Source of the DNA: an uncultured Clostridia bacterium | GTDB lineage: Bacteria > Bacillota > Clostridia > Christensenellales > Borkfalkiaceae | Direction: 5' to 3' | Assembly (NCBI GenBank): GCA_944367185.1 | Contig: CALVWM010000001.1 | Location: forward strand, 3,189 to 67,188 | DNA: 64,000 nucleotides | Shown here: positions 42,582 to 51,422 of the stretch, in pieces | Numbering within the stretch: the stretch's first letter is position 1 | Layout: every line of letters begins with the position of its first letter | Program-made: the position numbers and the translations under genes | Notes under the pieces: generated by a model | The model's input: the letters and a program-made list of their open reading frames with translations, nothing else | Database searches by the model: none | Told to the model about the DNA's origin: nothing

Positions 42582-44555
42582 TTATTCGGTAAAACAGATA
42601 TATTCCACACGCGAGCCGAGGGGGGTAAAGAGCGTCCCCTCGCCCGTGTAAAATTTGGAGAAAAACTCGATATATTGCAAGCGGCAGTCGTGGATGTACG
42701 CGCCCAGCACGCCCATGGCAAGGTTGAAGGCATGACCGATGAGGATGACGACCGGCCCGAAAACATAGCCGAGCGCACCCGCCGCCATGAGATCGACGCC
42801 GATCGCGTTGAACTGTTGCGCGATGATCATGCCCGAGAGCATCAGTCCGAACAGGCGCGCATAGCTCAGCACATCCGACAAGAGGTTGATAATGCCGTAC
42901 ACCGCGCCGAAGCCCTTGGTGAGTTTTCCGAGCAGCTTTTCCTTCCGCCCCGCGGTAAGCGCCGCGCCCGCAAGCCCCACGCCCAGCATGATCACGCCGG
43001 GCAGCGTCATGACATCGAAGAAGGCGGCAACGCCCGCGGGCACGGGGATCTCGAAGTACCCCGTGATGAAATTGAACACCGCGAAAAACAGACCGATGTC
43101 AAACAAGATCCAGGTAAAGGAGTCGCAGACCGCGTCTAAAATGTGCCCTTTGCGGATGCTGTTGACCGCGTTCAGGGCATAGCCGACCGTGATCTGCAAG
43201 AGACCCAGAACAAGGCAACCCAACAAGATGATCAGCACATTCGTGCGGCTGCCCGACGAGGGATCGGGCAGGAACGTATAGAGCGAAAAGCCGAAGCACG
43301 AGCCGAACAGCGCGCCGAAGATGACTGTGAACACGCCCCCGTAGGTGAGGATGGCGGCGAGTTTTCTGACGCCGTCGTTTGCCTTTCTCGTGCGCACGAC
43401 AAACAGCCCGCCCAAAAAGAGCAGCACGCCGTAGCCGATGTCCGCCATGATCAGCCCGAAGAAAATCATGAAGAAGAAAAAGACAAAGCCGTTGGGGTCA
43501 AATTCGCGGTAGTCGGGCACGGAGTACATATTCGTGATGAACTCCGCAGCCCTGGCAGGACCCTTGTTTTTGAGGAGTGTCGGCGGCGTGTCCTCCTCAG
43601 TCGGCGCAAAGAACTGCAGGCAGAAGGCTTCCGTCTCCGAGGCGATCGCCGTGCGGACGCTCTCCTGCTCCGACGCGGGGATGTACCCGTATGCCGTGAA
43701 AGTCGCCTTCGTGCGGAAAAAGGTTTCGGCTGTCTCCGCCTTCTCGATCTCGACCATGAGATAGTCGGAGAAGATCTTGAGCGGCTGCAACAGCGCAAGA
43801 TCGCGCCGCGCGGAAACGGTAATCCCCTTTTCCTCTTCGAGCAGGCGCGCGATCTCCCCATCCAGAAGGGCGGTCTCCTCTTCCGCCGTCCGTTTGCTCC
43901 GGAAGGGACAGCGCGCAAAACCGCAATCGTTCAGTACGGCCGCCACGCGCTCCGCCGCTTCCCGATGACAGAACACGGCAATGGGTAAGACATTCCCCTT
44001 TGCCCCGCTCCGATACAGCGAGACGGAGGCAAGCGGCTCATCGTGCAGGAAGTTCTCCAGCGCAGGAAGCTTCGCCTCCTCGATCAGCCCAAAAAAGCAA
44101 CAGGTATTGCGCGTATCGGAAAAATCGGAAAACTTGTCCCCGACGCCCAGATAGGGCGCATACTGCGCTCTCTGCGCGGCAAGTTTCCCCCGCTCCCCCT
44201 TGCGCTCCGTGAGCGCTTCGGACGTCTCCTCCGCGCGCGCAACGGCGTCCATCAGTTCTCCTTCCCGCGCCGCGATCGAAAGAAATTCCGGATACGAGAG
44301 CACGATCTGATCGCGCATCGCCTCTTTGAGCGACGCGTCCTTTTCGGGCACGGCATCCGCCTGCGCGCCGAGAAAGGCGATCGCCTTTTTCACGCGCGAA
44401 AGCTGCGCCGTGAGCGCCTGCGCGTCTCCCGACGGCTCGGGCGGCTTCTCCGCGACGGTCAGCTCGACGCACCGCGTTTTCTGCAGCGCCGCAAGCAGAC
44501 GCGCACGCTCCCCGCTGAGCGCCGTCAGCTCAAATTTTGACATCGTGACGATCAT
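42582..44555 (-). CDS. ntpI: V-type ATP synthase subunit I (a-type stator/channel)
   Basis: 657 aa with a soluble N-terminal half and a polytopic C-terminal half containing ARLFGLMLSG. Confidence 0.88.
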   Translation of the reverse strand: MIVTMSKFELTALSGERARLLAALQKTRCVELTVAEKPPEPSGDAQALTAQLSRVKKAIAFLGAQADAVPEKDASLKEAMRDQIVLSYPEFLSIAAREGELMDAVARAEETSEALTERKGERGKLAAQRAQYAPYLGVGDKFSDFSDTRNTCCFFGLIEEAKLPALENFLHDEPLASVSLYRSGAKGNVLPIAVFCHREAAERVAAVLNDCGFARCPFRSKRTAEEETALLDGEIARLLEEEKGITVSARRDLALLQPLKIFSDYLMVEIEKAETAETFFRTKATFTAYGYIPASEQESVRTAIASETEAFCLQFFAPTEEDTPPTLLKNKGPARAAEFITNMYSVPDYREFDPNGFVFFFFMIFFGLIMADIGYGVLLFLGGLFVVRTRKANDGVRKLAAILTYGGVFTVIFGALFGSCFGFSLYTFLPDPSSGSRTNVLIILLGCLVLGLLQITVGYALNAVNSIRKGHILDAVCDSFTWILFDIGLFFAVFNFITGYFEIPVPAGVAAFFDVMTLPGVIMLGVGLAGAALTAGRKEKLLGKLTKGFGAVYGIINLLSDVLSYARLFGLMLSGMIIAQQFNAIGVDLMAAGALGYVFGPVVILIGHAFNLAMGVLGAYIHDCRLQYIEFFSKFYTGEGTLFTPLGSRVEYICFTE

Positions 44556-44863
44556 TCGCCGAACACCTTCCTCACGACCATGTCCGCCGCCTGCGGGAGC
44601 ATGTCCTCACAGGACGCGCGAAGCGTTTCTGCCCGTGCCGCTCCCTCTGCGCAGATCTGCATATAGCGGGAGAGCGCCGCATCGTCTGCCGCGGCAAGCC
44701 GCGACTCCTGCTCGGCAAGAAGGCGCGCCTGCGCGTCGGCGGCGATCTGTTCGGCAGCGGCCTCACCCTCTGCAAGGATGCGTCCCGCTTCCTGCTCGCC
44801 CGCGCGCACGATCTCCTCCGCGCGCGCCTCCGCTTCCAGTATGGTGCCGATCACATCGTTCAT
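44552..44863 (-). CDS. V-type ATPase small peripheral-stalk subunit (G/H-like)
   Basis: The ATG at 44863 (MNDVIGTILEAEARAEEIV...) follows GGGAGGG. The ORF-track TTG at 44926 would lie only ~8 nt from the predicted transcription start. Confidence 0.6.
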   Translation of the reverse strand: MNDVIGTILEAEARAEEIVRAGEQEAGRILAEGEAAAEQIAADAQARLLAEQESRLAAADDAALSRYMQICAEGAARAETLRASCEDMLPQAADMVVRKVFGE

Positions 44864-44940
44864 GCCGTCCCTCCCAAATTCCGCCCGTTCCGCCCTGCAA
44901 TCGGGCATAACAGCGGCTTCATTCAAACGATCATGCGTCC

Positions 44941-44969
44941 ATTATAGCAAAGGAACGGGGCAGCGTCAA
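44941..44969 (-). promoter_or_regulatory. sigma-A promoter of the V-ATPase operon
   Basis: Minus strand reads TTGACG, 17-nt spacer, TATAAT. Confidence 0.65.
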
Positions 44970-45046
44970 GTCTTTGGGACATTTTAAAGAAAAATATGTG
45001 TTAATTGGCTTACCATTGCACTGCGGCATGCGATCGCGCCATATGG

Positions 45047-45075
45047 TTGACGAAGCGGCAAAAACACGCTATACT
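45047..45075 (+). promoter_or_regulatory. sigma-A promoter of the DUF1294 gene (divergent from the ntp promoter)
   Basis: TTGACG, 17-nt spacer, TATACT. Confidence 0.6.
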
Positions 45076-45126
45076 GTCTGTAATGTCGGCCCGAAACTGC
45101 CGAAAGCGGCCGATAAGGAGTATTCC

Positions 45127-45402
45127 ATGATCTTTTTCGTCCTGTGCGGCGCGTTTGCGCTCATCTCTTTGATCACCTTCTGCCTCTACGCGCGCGACAA
45201 GCGCGCCGCCAAAAAGGGAAATTGGCGCACGCCCGAAAAGGTGCTGCTCCTTTTCTCCTTCTTCGGCGGCGCGATCGGAGGAAGCCTCGCCATGGCGCTC
45301 CTGCGCCACAAGACGCGCCATTGGTATTTCGTCGCCGTCAATGCGATCGGGCTCCTCTGGCAGATCGCCGCGATCGTCGCCGCGGCATTTTTTCTGCTGT
45401 GA
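45127..45402 (+). CDS. DUF1294 family small membrane protein
   Basis: The ATG at 45127 follows AAGGAG. Motif: YARDKRAAKKGNWRTPEKVLLLFSFFGGAIGGSLAMALLRHKTRH. Confidence 0.75.
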   Translation: MIFFVLCGAFALISLITFCLYARDKRAAKKGNWRTPEKVLLLFSFFGGAIGGSLAMALLRHKTRHWYFVAVNAIGLLWQIAAIVAAAFFLL

Positions 45403-45420
45403 TCGTTTTGATGAACATCC

Positions 45421-45449
45421 AAAAAGCGGCGCCCGCCGGCGCCGCTTTT
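45421..45449. terminator. bidirectional terminator between convergent genes
   Basis: AAAAA-GCGGCGCC-CGCC-GGCGCCGC-TTTT. Confidence 0.7.
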
Positions 45450-45464
45450 CCCGCTCATGAAATT

Positions 45465-45917
45465 TTATTCCGCCTTTGCGTCCGTATCAGCCGTATCTGC
45501 AGACTGTTCAGAGGATTGCTCAGACGCTGCGTCCTGCCCGACGGAAGTCTTTTCCGACTTCAGAGGTTCCGCCCTCTTTTCCGTCTTGGATGACGTTACC
45601 GAGACGTCAAACAAGGACATAATGATGCCCGCGGCAAACACGCCGATCTTTGCGAGGATGACAAAGAAGCTGATCCAATTGAGCGCCCTCCCCATATTCG
45701 CCCCCAGCGAGGAGATGCCGTTGAGAATAGAGATGAGCGCCTCGATCGCGGTGAAGATGAGCGTGATGACGAGCACGGTCTTTGCCGTCTTTTGCAGCTC
45801 CTTATCGTTGGACTTGACGATCGCATAGCCGCCGGCGATCACAAATGCAATGAGATGCACATAGCCGCACAGCCAGATGAGTACCTTTTTCCAGTTCCTG
45901 CTCCAGATTTCCTTCAT
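45465..45917 (-). CDS. hypothetical membrane protein with acidic Ser/Asp/Glu-rich tail
   Basis: 150 aa with three or four hydrophobic helices. No family recognised. Confidence 0.5.
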   Translation of the reverse strand: MKEIWSRNWKKVLIWLCGYVHLIAFVIAGGYAIVKSNDKELQKTAKTVLVITLIFTAIEALISILNGISSLGANMGRALNWISFFVILAKIGVFAAGIIMSLFDVSVTSSKTEKRAEPLKSEKTSVGQDAASEQSSEQSADTADTDAKAE

Positions 45918-46098
45918 AAAATTGCCTCCATATTTTTACCATATTATATTCTCTTTCGGCACAGATGTCAACCCTGACGCAAAAATTTTGCAAAAAAAGA
46001 GCGGTTTTTGTACCCGGCGCGTCACGGCTTCGCAGGCCGTATCTTTCGATCGGGCGGAAAAACGGCGATTTGTACCGGCGAAAACGCCGCAGGCTCAC

Positions 46099-46140
46099 CG
46101 TCAGAAAGAGCCGCAGCTTTGGCTGCGACTCTTTCTGACG
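46099..46140 (-). terminator. long hairpin downstream of the pyrimidine operon (19-bp stem, one mismatch, no clear U-tract)
   Basis: Stem CGTCAGAAAGAGCCGCAGC / GCTGCGACTCTTTCTGACG, 50 nt past the stop at 46190. Confidence 0.4.
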
Positions 46141-46189
46141 GGCAACGCCGACCCGTCCCAACACATCGGAGGTAGAGATCAAGGGAAGA

Positions 46190-47419
46190 TCAGATCGCGG
46201 CGTCGATCTTGAGAACGGTGTTGAGGAGCACGTCCGCGCCCTTCTTGCAGTTTTCAACGGGCGTATGCTCCAGCTCGCAGTGGCTGTGACCGCCGTCCGA
46301 AGGGACGAAGATCATCGTCGTAGGCACGATATCCGCAGCGAACTGCGCGTCGTGACCGGGGCCGGAGTACATGCGCATGGAAGGATAGCCCAGCTCTTTG
46401 GCACTCTCCTCGACGAAGTCCACATAGGGCTTGTGGAAGGCGACCGTCGCACGGCTCCACGCTTCCTCATAGGAGAAGGCGCACTTTTCGACCTCGGAAG
46501 GGATCTTCTTGATAATGTCGATGCACTGCTGCACGACGGCGGGATCCTGATGGCGCGCGTCCAGCGTGAACTTGACAAGATCGGGAATGATCGTATGGAT
46601 ATTGGGGTGGCAGGAGATCTTGCCCGTCGTGTACACGAGCTTTTTGTCGAGCTTATCGAACTCGTCGTGCAGGTACTGGATGACCTTGCAGGCGGCATAC
46701 AGCGCGTCTTTTCTATACTTCATGGGCGTCGTGCCCGCGTGATCCGCCTGCCCGACGAACGTGAACTCATAGTTGATCATGCCGCACACGCCCTCGACGA
46801 CGCCGATGTCCTTCTTTTCCGCTTCCAGGACGGGGCCCTGCTCGATATGCAGCTCTAAAAGCGCGGCGCATTTATCGGAGCCGATGCGGTTTGCCTCGCT
46901 GCCGACATAGCCGCTTTCCGCGAGCGCCTCGCCGAACGTCCTGCCCGTGGAGTGAGAGACGGAGGCAAGCATCTTGTCCTTATCGAACTTGTGACAGACG
47001 ACACCCGAGCTCATCATGGCGGGCTCATAGTCCGCGCCCTCCTCGTTCGTCCAGATCATGCACACATAGTTGTGCTTGTGCGGGATGTTCTCCCTGACGA
47101 TGGTCTCTGCAACTTCCAGCGCGGAGAGAACGCCGAGGATGCCGTCATAGTTGCCGCCCTGGCGCACGGAGTCGCAGTGCGAGCCGGAGTAAATCGCGGG
47201 CAGCGAGGGATCGCTCCCCTCCAGCACCGCGTAGAGGTTTGCCATGTCGTCCGAGAACACCTTCATGCCGAGCGCTTCACAGCGGCGCACCCACTCCTTG
47301 CGGGCGGCGAGCGCCTCGGGCGAGAGGGAGAAGCGGGTGATGCCGCCATGCCCCGTGTCGCCGAACCCGGAAAAGGTCTCGATCTTATCCTTCATACGTT
47401 CCGTACTCGTCATATACAT
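46190..47419 (-). CDS. M20-family N-carbamoyl-amino-acid / beta-ureidopropionase-type amidohydrolase
   Basis: 409 aa. The segments GGITRFSLSPEA...SGSHCDSVRQGGNYDGILGVLSALEV are typical of the AllC/AmaB/HyuC family. Confidence 0.8.
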   Translation of the reverse strand: MYMTSTERMKDKIETFSGFGDTGHGGITRFSLSPEALAARKEWVRRCEALGMKVFSDDMANLYAVLEGSDPSLPAIYSGSHCDSVRQGGNYDGILGVLSALEVAETIVRENIPHKHNYVCMIWTNEEGADYEPAMMSSGVVCHKFDKDKMLASVSHSTGRTFGEALAESGYVGSEANRIGSDKCAALLELHIEQGPVLEAEKKDIGVVEGVCGMINYEFTFVGQADHAGTTPMKYRKDALYAACKVIQYLHDEFDKLDKKLVYTTGKISCHPNIHTIIPDLVKFTLDARHQDPAVVQQCIDIIKKIPSEVEKCAFSYEEAWSRATVAFHKPYVDFVEESAKELGYPSMRMYSGPGHDAQFAADIVPTTMIFVPSDGGHSHCELEHTPVENCKKGADVLLNTVLKIDAAI

Positions 47420-47421
47420 GA

Positions 47422-48522
47422 TTATTTTTCCTCCAGAGAGATTTTTAACATTTGATAGAGTTCTGCCTCGGTGGGCTGATAGGCACAGTTTGCAATGTTC
47501 TTTGCCGCGATCGCCTTTGCGGCGTACTTTTTCATCTCGGCGTCCGTGAGTGCCTCGCGCTGCCCGAGCAAGTCCGCAAGCATTTGAGAAAACGCCGCGG
47601 GGCTTTCAAAGCTGCCCGCCTGTAAGATCGCGTCCGTCCGCTCGGGCAGGTGCTGCGCGCAGAAGGCGACGAATGCGCCCAAAAGCAGTCCGTTCGCCCT
47701 GCCGTGGTCGATCTCGTGATAGTAGGTGAGCGAATAGCCCATCGCGTGCACCGCCGTCGTGCCCGTGTTGGCGATGACCATGCCCGCGAGCATGGACGCG
47801 TACAGCAGCTTCTGCCGGTCTACGGGCGCGAGACGGTCCGCCGCGATCTTCTTCGCAAGCGAGCAGATGATGGAGATGCTCTCTTTTGCGAGCAGGTCGC
47901 TCACCTCGCCCGCCTTGACGGAGAGCATGCCCTCCACCGCGTGCGAGAGCGCGTCGATCGCCGTATTGACGGTGGTGTTGTGCCCGAGCGACGCCATATA
48001 GCCGCCGTCCAGCAGCGCGAGCCTGGGGAAGATATAGGGCGTTGCGATACTCGTCTTGCTCTCGGCGACGTCGTCGGTGAGAATGGAGTACTGTGTGACT
48101 TCGCTGCCCGTGCCCGCCGTCGTGGGAATGTGCACCATAGGGAGCACGTCGGGGGAATACCTGCCCGCGAAGAGGTCGGCATCGGCGATGTCCTGCCGCG
48201 CAAGCAGCGCGATCGCTTTTGCCGCGTCCATGGGCGAGCCGCCGCCGATCGCGATGACGAAGTCCGCGCCCGCCTCCTTTGCCCTCGCCGCGCCCGCGCG
48301 GACGCAGGCTATGGTCGGATTGGGGAGCACTTCGTCAAAGACGGCGTAGCGCTGCCCGTTGCCTTCCAGCGCCGCGACGACATCGTCCAAAGAACCGTTC
48401 TTTTTGGAGCTCCTGCCCGTGACGATGAGCGCGCACTTCCCGAGCGGGGCGATGAGCGTTGCGGCCGCCCTGACGCAGCCCGCGCCCTCGACGACGCGCA
48501 CGGGCATGTAAAATTGCTGCAT
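47422..48522 (-). CDS. iron-containing (group III) alcohol dehydrogenase; candidate malonic-semialdehyde reductase
   Basis: 366 aa. Motifs: GGGSPMDAAKA, and the His-rich metal site HAVEG...HAMGYSL. Confidence 0.75.
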   Translation of the reverse strand: MQQFYMPVRVVEGAGCVRAAATLIAPLGKCALIVTGRSSKKNGSLDDVVAALEGNGQRYAVFDEVLPNPTIACVRAGAARAKEAGADFVIAIGGGSPMDAAKAIALLARQDIADADLFAGRYSPDVLPMVHIPTTAGTGSEVTQYSILTDDVAESKTSIATPYIFPRLALLDGGYMASLGHNTTVNTAIDALSHAVEGMLSVKAGEVSDLLAKESISIICSLAKKIAADRLAPVDRQKLLYASMLAGMVIANTGTTAVHAMGYSLTYYHEIDHGRANGLLLGAFVAFCAQHLPERTDAILQAGSFESPAAFSQMLADLLGQREALTDAEMKKYAAKAIAAKNIANCAYQPTEAELYQMLKISLEEK

Positions 48523-48525
48523 GGC

Positions 48526-49851
48526 TCAGATCTCCTTGTCGAGGATACTCAGAACTTCCTCAACCTTGGCGAGCTCTTCGCGCATCTGCGCCTCGGTGAT
48601 GATGAGCGGGGGCGAGATGAAGATCATGTTCTCATGCGAATAGGTCATGAACTTACGCTCGCGCAGGAGCTTGCACACCCTGCCCATCTTGCCCTCGGGA
48701 TCCTTGCCGTACACGACCCATGGCTCCTTGGTCGCCTTGTCCTTGACCAGCTCGATGGAGGAGAACAGACCGATATAGCGCACGTCGCCCACGCAGGCGT
48801 GGTTTGCCTTCATCTTCTCCAGCTCCTCGCCGAGCACCTTGCCGACGCGGTTGACGTTGCCCAGGATGTCGTTGTCCTTGTAGTAGTTGAGGCAGGCGAT
48901 GCCCGCGGCGCAGGCGAGCGGGTGACCGCTGTAGGTGAGCCCGCAGGACAGAAGGTGATCGTCAAAGTACGCGGCGATCTTGCTGCTGACCGCGACGCCG
49001 CCCAGCTGGACATAGCCGCAGGTGACGCCCTTGGCAAAGGAGACGAGGTCGGGCTTGACGCCGAAATTTTCAAAGGCGAACATCTTGCCCGTTCTGCCGA
49101 AGCCCGCCATGACCTCGTCGCAGATCATGACGATGCCGTACTTATCGCAGATCTTTCTCACACCCGGCAGATACCCCTTGGGCGGGATGATGACGCCGTT
49201 GGAGCCGGTCACCGTCTCCATGACGATAGCGGCGACGTCGTCGGGATTTTCATACACGATCTGCTCTTCCAGCTTGGCGAGGTAGTAGTTGGTCGCCTCC
49301 TCCTCGCTCGCAAACTCAATGGGCTCGCGGTAGATATAGGGGTCAAAGAACTTGACGAAGCCCGGAATGCCCGGCTCCAGGGGGTAGCGGCGGGGTTCGC
49401 CCGTCAAGTTGCCCGCGCCGAAGGTGGAGCCGTGATAGCTGCGGTAGCGCGAGAACACCTTCTTGCGCCCCGTGTACATGCGCGCGATCTTGATCGCGTT
49501 CTCGTTGGCATCCGCGCCCGCGTTGGTGAAGAACACCTTGCCGAAGTTATCGGGCAGGAGTTCGACGAGCATTTTGGCGAGCTCGCCGCGGGGCGCGCTG
49601 CCGTAGGAGGGAGAGATATAGCAGTACTCCTCCGCCTGCTTTTTGATCGCCTCGATGATGGGCTTGCAGCCGTGCCCCACGTTGAGGTTGACGAGCTGCG
49701 CGCTCATATCCGAATAGCGGTTGCCATCAAAGTCATAGACGTAGATCCCCTCCGCCCTGGCGACGGGAATGGGATTGAGGTTCGCCTGTTTGGACCAGGA
49801 CTGCATGTTGTAGTGGGAATGATTGTAGACGATCTCTTCCGACTGGGTCAT
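48526..49851 (-). CDS. class-III (omega) aminotransferase; candidate beta-alanine transaminase
   Basis: 441 aa. Motifs: DEVMAGFGRTG, and the SFAKG PLP-lysine motif. Confidence 0.8.
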   Translation of the reverse strand: MTQSEEIVYNHSHYNMQSWSKQANLNPIPVARAEGIYVYDFDGNRYSDMSAQLVNLNVGHGCKPIIEAIKKQAEEYCYISPSYGSAPRGELAKMLVELLPDNFGKVFFTNAGADANENAIKIARMYTGRKKVFSRYRSYHGSTFGAGNLTGEPRRYPLEPGIPGFVKFFDPYIYREPIEFASEEEATNYYLAKLEEQIVYENPDDVAAIVMETVTGSNGVIIPPKGYLPGVRKICDKYGIVMICDEVMAGFGRTGKMFAFENFGVKPDLVSFAKGVTCGYVQLGGVAVSSKIAAYFDDHLLSCGLTYSGHPLACAAGIACLNYYKDNDILGNVNRVGKVLGEELEKMKANHACVGDVRYIGLFSSIELVKDKATKEPWVVYGKDPEGKMGRVCKLLRERKFMTYSHENMIFISPPLIITEAQMREELAKVEEVLSILDKEI

Positions 49852-49917
49852 AAGTTACTTGCTCCTTAAACATATTTGCCTTGCGGCGCAATTTTTCTGA
49901 TTTTATAATTTTCTGTG

Positions 49918-51387
49918 TTATTTTGTATGGACGCGCTCGCCCATGGCGATCTCGCCCGTGGGACAGACGAGCGCACACAGCCCGCAGCCGACGCAGCGCA
50001 TTTTATCCAGAGAAACGGTCCGCGCATGCGCGTCCCATGCGATCGCCTGATGCCCCGCGTCGTCGCAGGCGATAAAGCACCTGCCGCAGCCGGTACAGGG
50101 CGCGGGCAGCACGGGATAGGCAATGCTGTGCCTGTCAAGCCGGTCCGCCTCCACGAAGTTTTTAAGCGCGCCGCCGATGATATCCGAAAGGCGCTTCTCG
50201 CGTGCGGCGAGGTAACGGACAAGCCCGTCCTTCAAATCGTCGATGATGCGGTAACCGTACTGCATGACCGCCGTCGTGACCTGCACGTTCTCGCAGCCCA
50301 GCAATAAAAAGTCGAGCGCGTCCCGCCAGGTCTCGATGCCGCCGATTCCGCTCAAGGGATAGTCCTTTGTCGCGGCGTACTTCTTCAGATCGTGCACGAA
50401 GCGCAGCGCGATGGGCTTGACTGCCTTGCCCGAGTAGCCCGAAACCGTGCTCTTGCCGCGGATCGCGGGGCTTGCGACGCAGGTCTCGGGATCGACGTCC
50501 GTGATGGACTTTATTGTGTTGATCGCGGCGATGCCGTCCGCACCGCCCTCGATCGCCGCCGCGGCGGGCGCCTCCATATTGGTGACGTTGGGCGTCATTT
50601 TGGCGAGCACGGGGAGTTTTGTCCCGCGTCTGACCGCCTCGGTGAACTTTTTGACGAGCTCGGGGTGAGTGCCGACGTCGCTGCCCAGTCCCCCGCCCGA
50701 CATGTGCGGGCAGGAGAAGTTGCACTCGATGACGTCGCAGCCCGCCTCCTCGCTGACACGGGCAAGGTACTCCCACTCCTCCTCCGTGCGGCCCATGATC
50801 GAGCCGACGATGACCTTGCCCGGGAACTCCGCCTTCAGGCGGCGCAGGATGGAGAGGTTTTCCTCCAGCGGTTTATCGGAGATCTGCTCCGCATTGCGGA
50901 ATCCGATGAAGGGCGTGCCCTCCTTGCGGTTGGCGTCAAAGCGGGGCGAGAGCTCCTCGGGCACAAAGACGGAATAGGTCTTGTAGACGATGCCCGCCCA
51001 ACCCGCCTCCAGCGCGCGGGCACACATATCGTACCCGCTCGCCACGACGGAGGAGCTCAAAAAGAAGGGATTTTCGCACGGGACGCCGCACATCTGCGTG
51101 GTGAGATCGGCCTCGGGCGCGGGCGCGGCGGGATATGCCTGTTCCGCGAGCGCCTTTAAAGCGAGGATCTTTGTTGCGCCGTCCGGGCGGATGCAGGCGC
51201 GCTCACACGCGCCGCAGCCCACGCAGCCCGTCATCTGCGCGAGTGCGCCTTCGCCGTTTGCAAAGCGCACGGAGCGCACGAACCGATCGGGCGAGAGCCC
51301 CTTGGGGCACGCCGCGGCGCAGGGCGCGTCATGACAGAGCATGCACGCGGACGCCAGTTCTGCAATGCGGATAGATAGCTGTTTCAT
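49918..51387 (-). CDS. PreA-like dihydropyrimidine dehydrogenase (FMN/DHOD-fold) with Fe-S domains at both ends
   Basis: The ATG at 51387 follows GGAGG. N-terminal CMLCHDAPCAAACP and GCVGCGACERAC, central ECNFSCPH and SGIGGI, C-terminal CTGCGRCFIAC and CVGCGLCALVCP. Confidence 0.75.
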   Translation of the reverse strand: MKQLSIRIAELASACMLCHDAPCAAACPKGLSPDRFVRSVRFANGEGALAQMTGCVGCGACERACIRPDGATKILALKALAEQAYPAAPAPEADLTTQMCGVPCENPFFLSSSVVASGYDMCARALEAGWAGIVYKTYSVFVPEELSPRFDANRKEGTPFIGFRNAEQISDKPLEENLSILRRLKAEFPGKVIVGSIMGRTEEEWEYLARVSEEAGCDVIECNFSCPHMSGGGLGSDVGTHPELVKKFTEAVRRGTKLPVLAKMTPNVTNMEAPAAAAIEGGADGIAAINTIKSITDVDPETCVASPAIRGKSTVSGYSGKAVKPIALRFVHDLKKYAATKDYPLSGIGGIETWRDALDFLLLGCENVQVTTAVMQYGYRIIDDLKDGLVRYLAAREKRLSDIIGGALKNFVEADRLDRHSIAYPVLPAPCTGCGRCFIACDDAGHQAIAWDAHARTVSLDKMRCVGCGLCALVCPTGEIAMGERVHTK

Positions 51388-51422
51388 GGTGTGACCTCCG
51401 TTGGACGGCGCGCGCCGCACCT

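Noticed and set aside
37101-44926. N-terminal extensions of ntpB (to 38555), ntpA (to 40311), ntpK (to 42778) and the G/H-like gene (to 44926)
   Set aside because: The extensions overlap the preceding gene or the promoter, lack SD sites and have no homology. Internal starts with GGAGG-type SD sites match the family N-termini.
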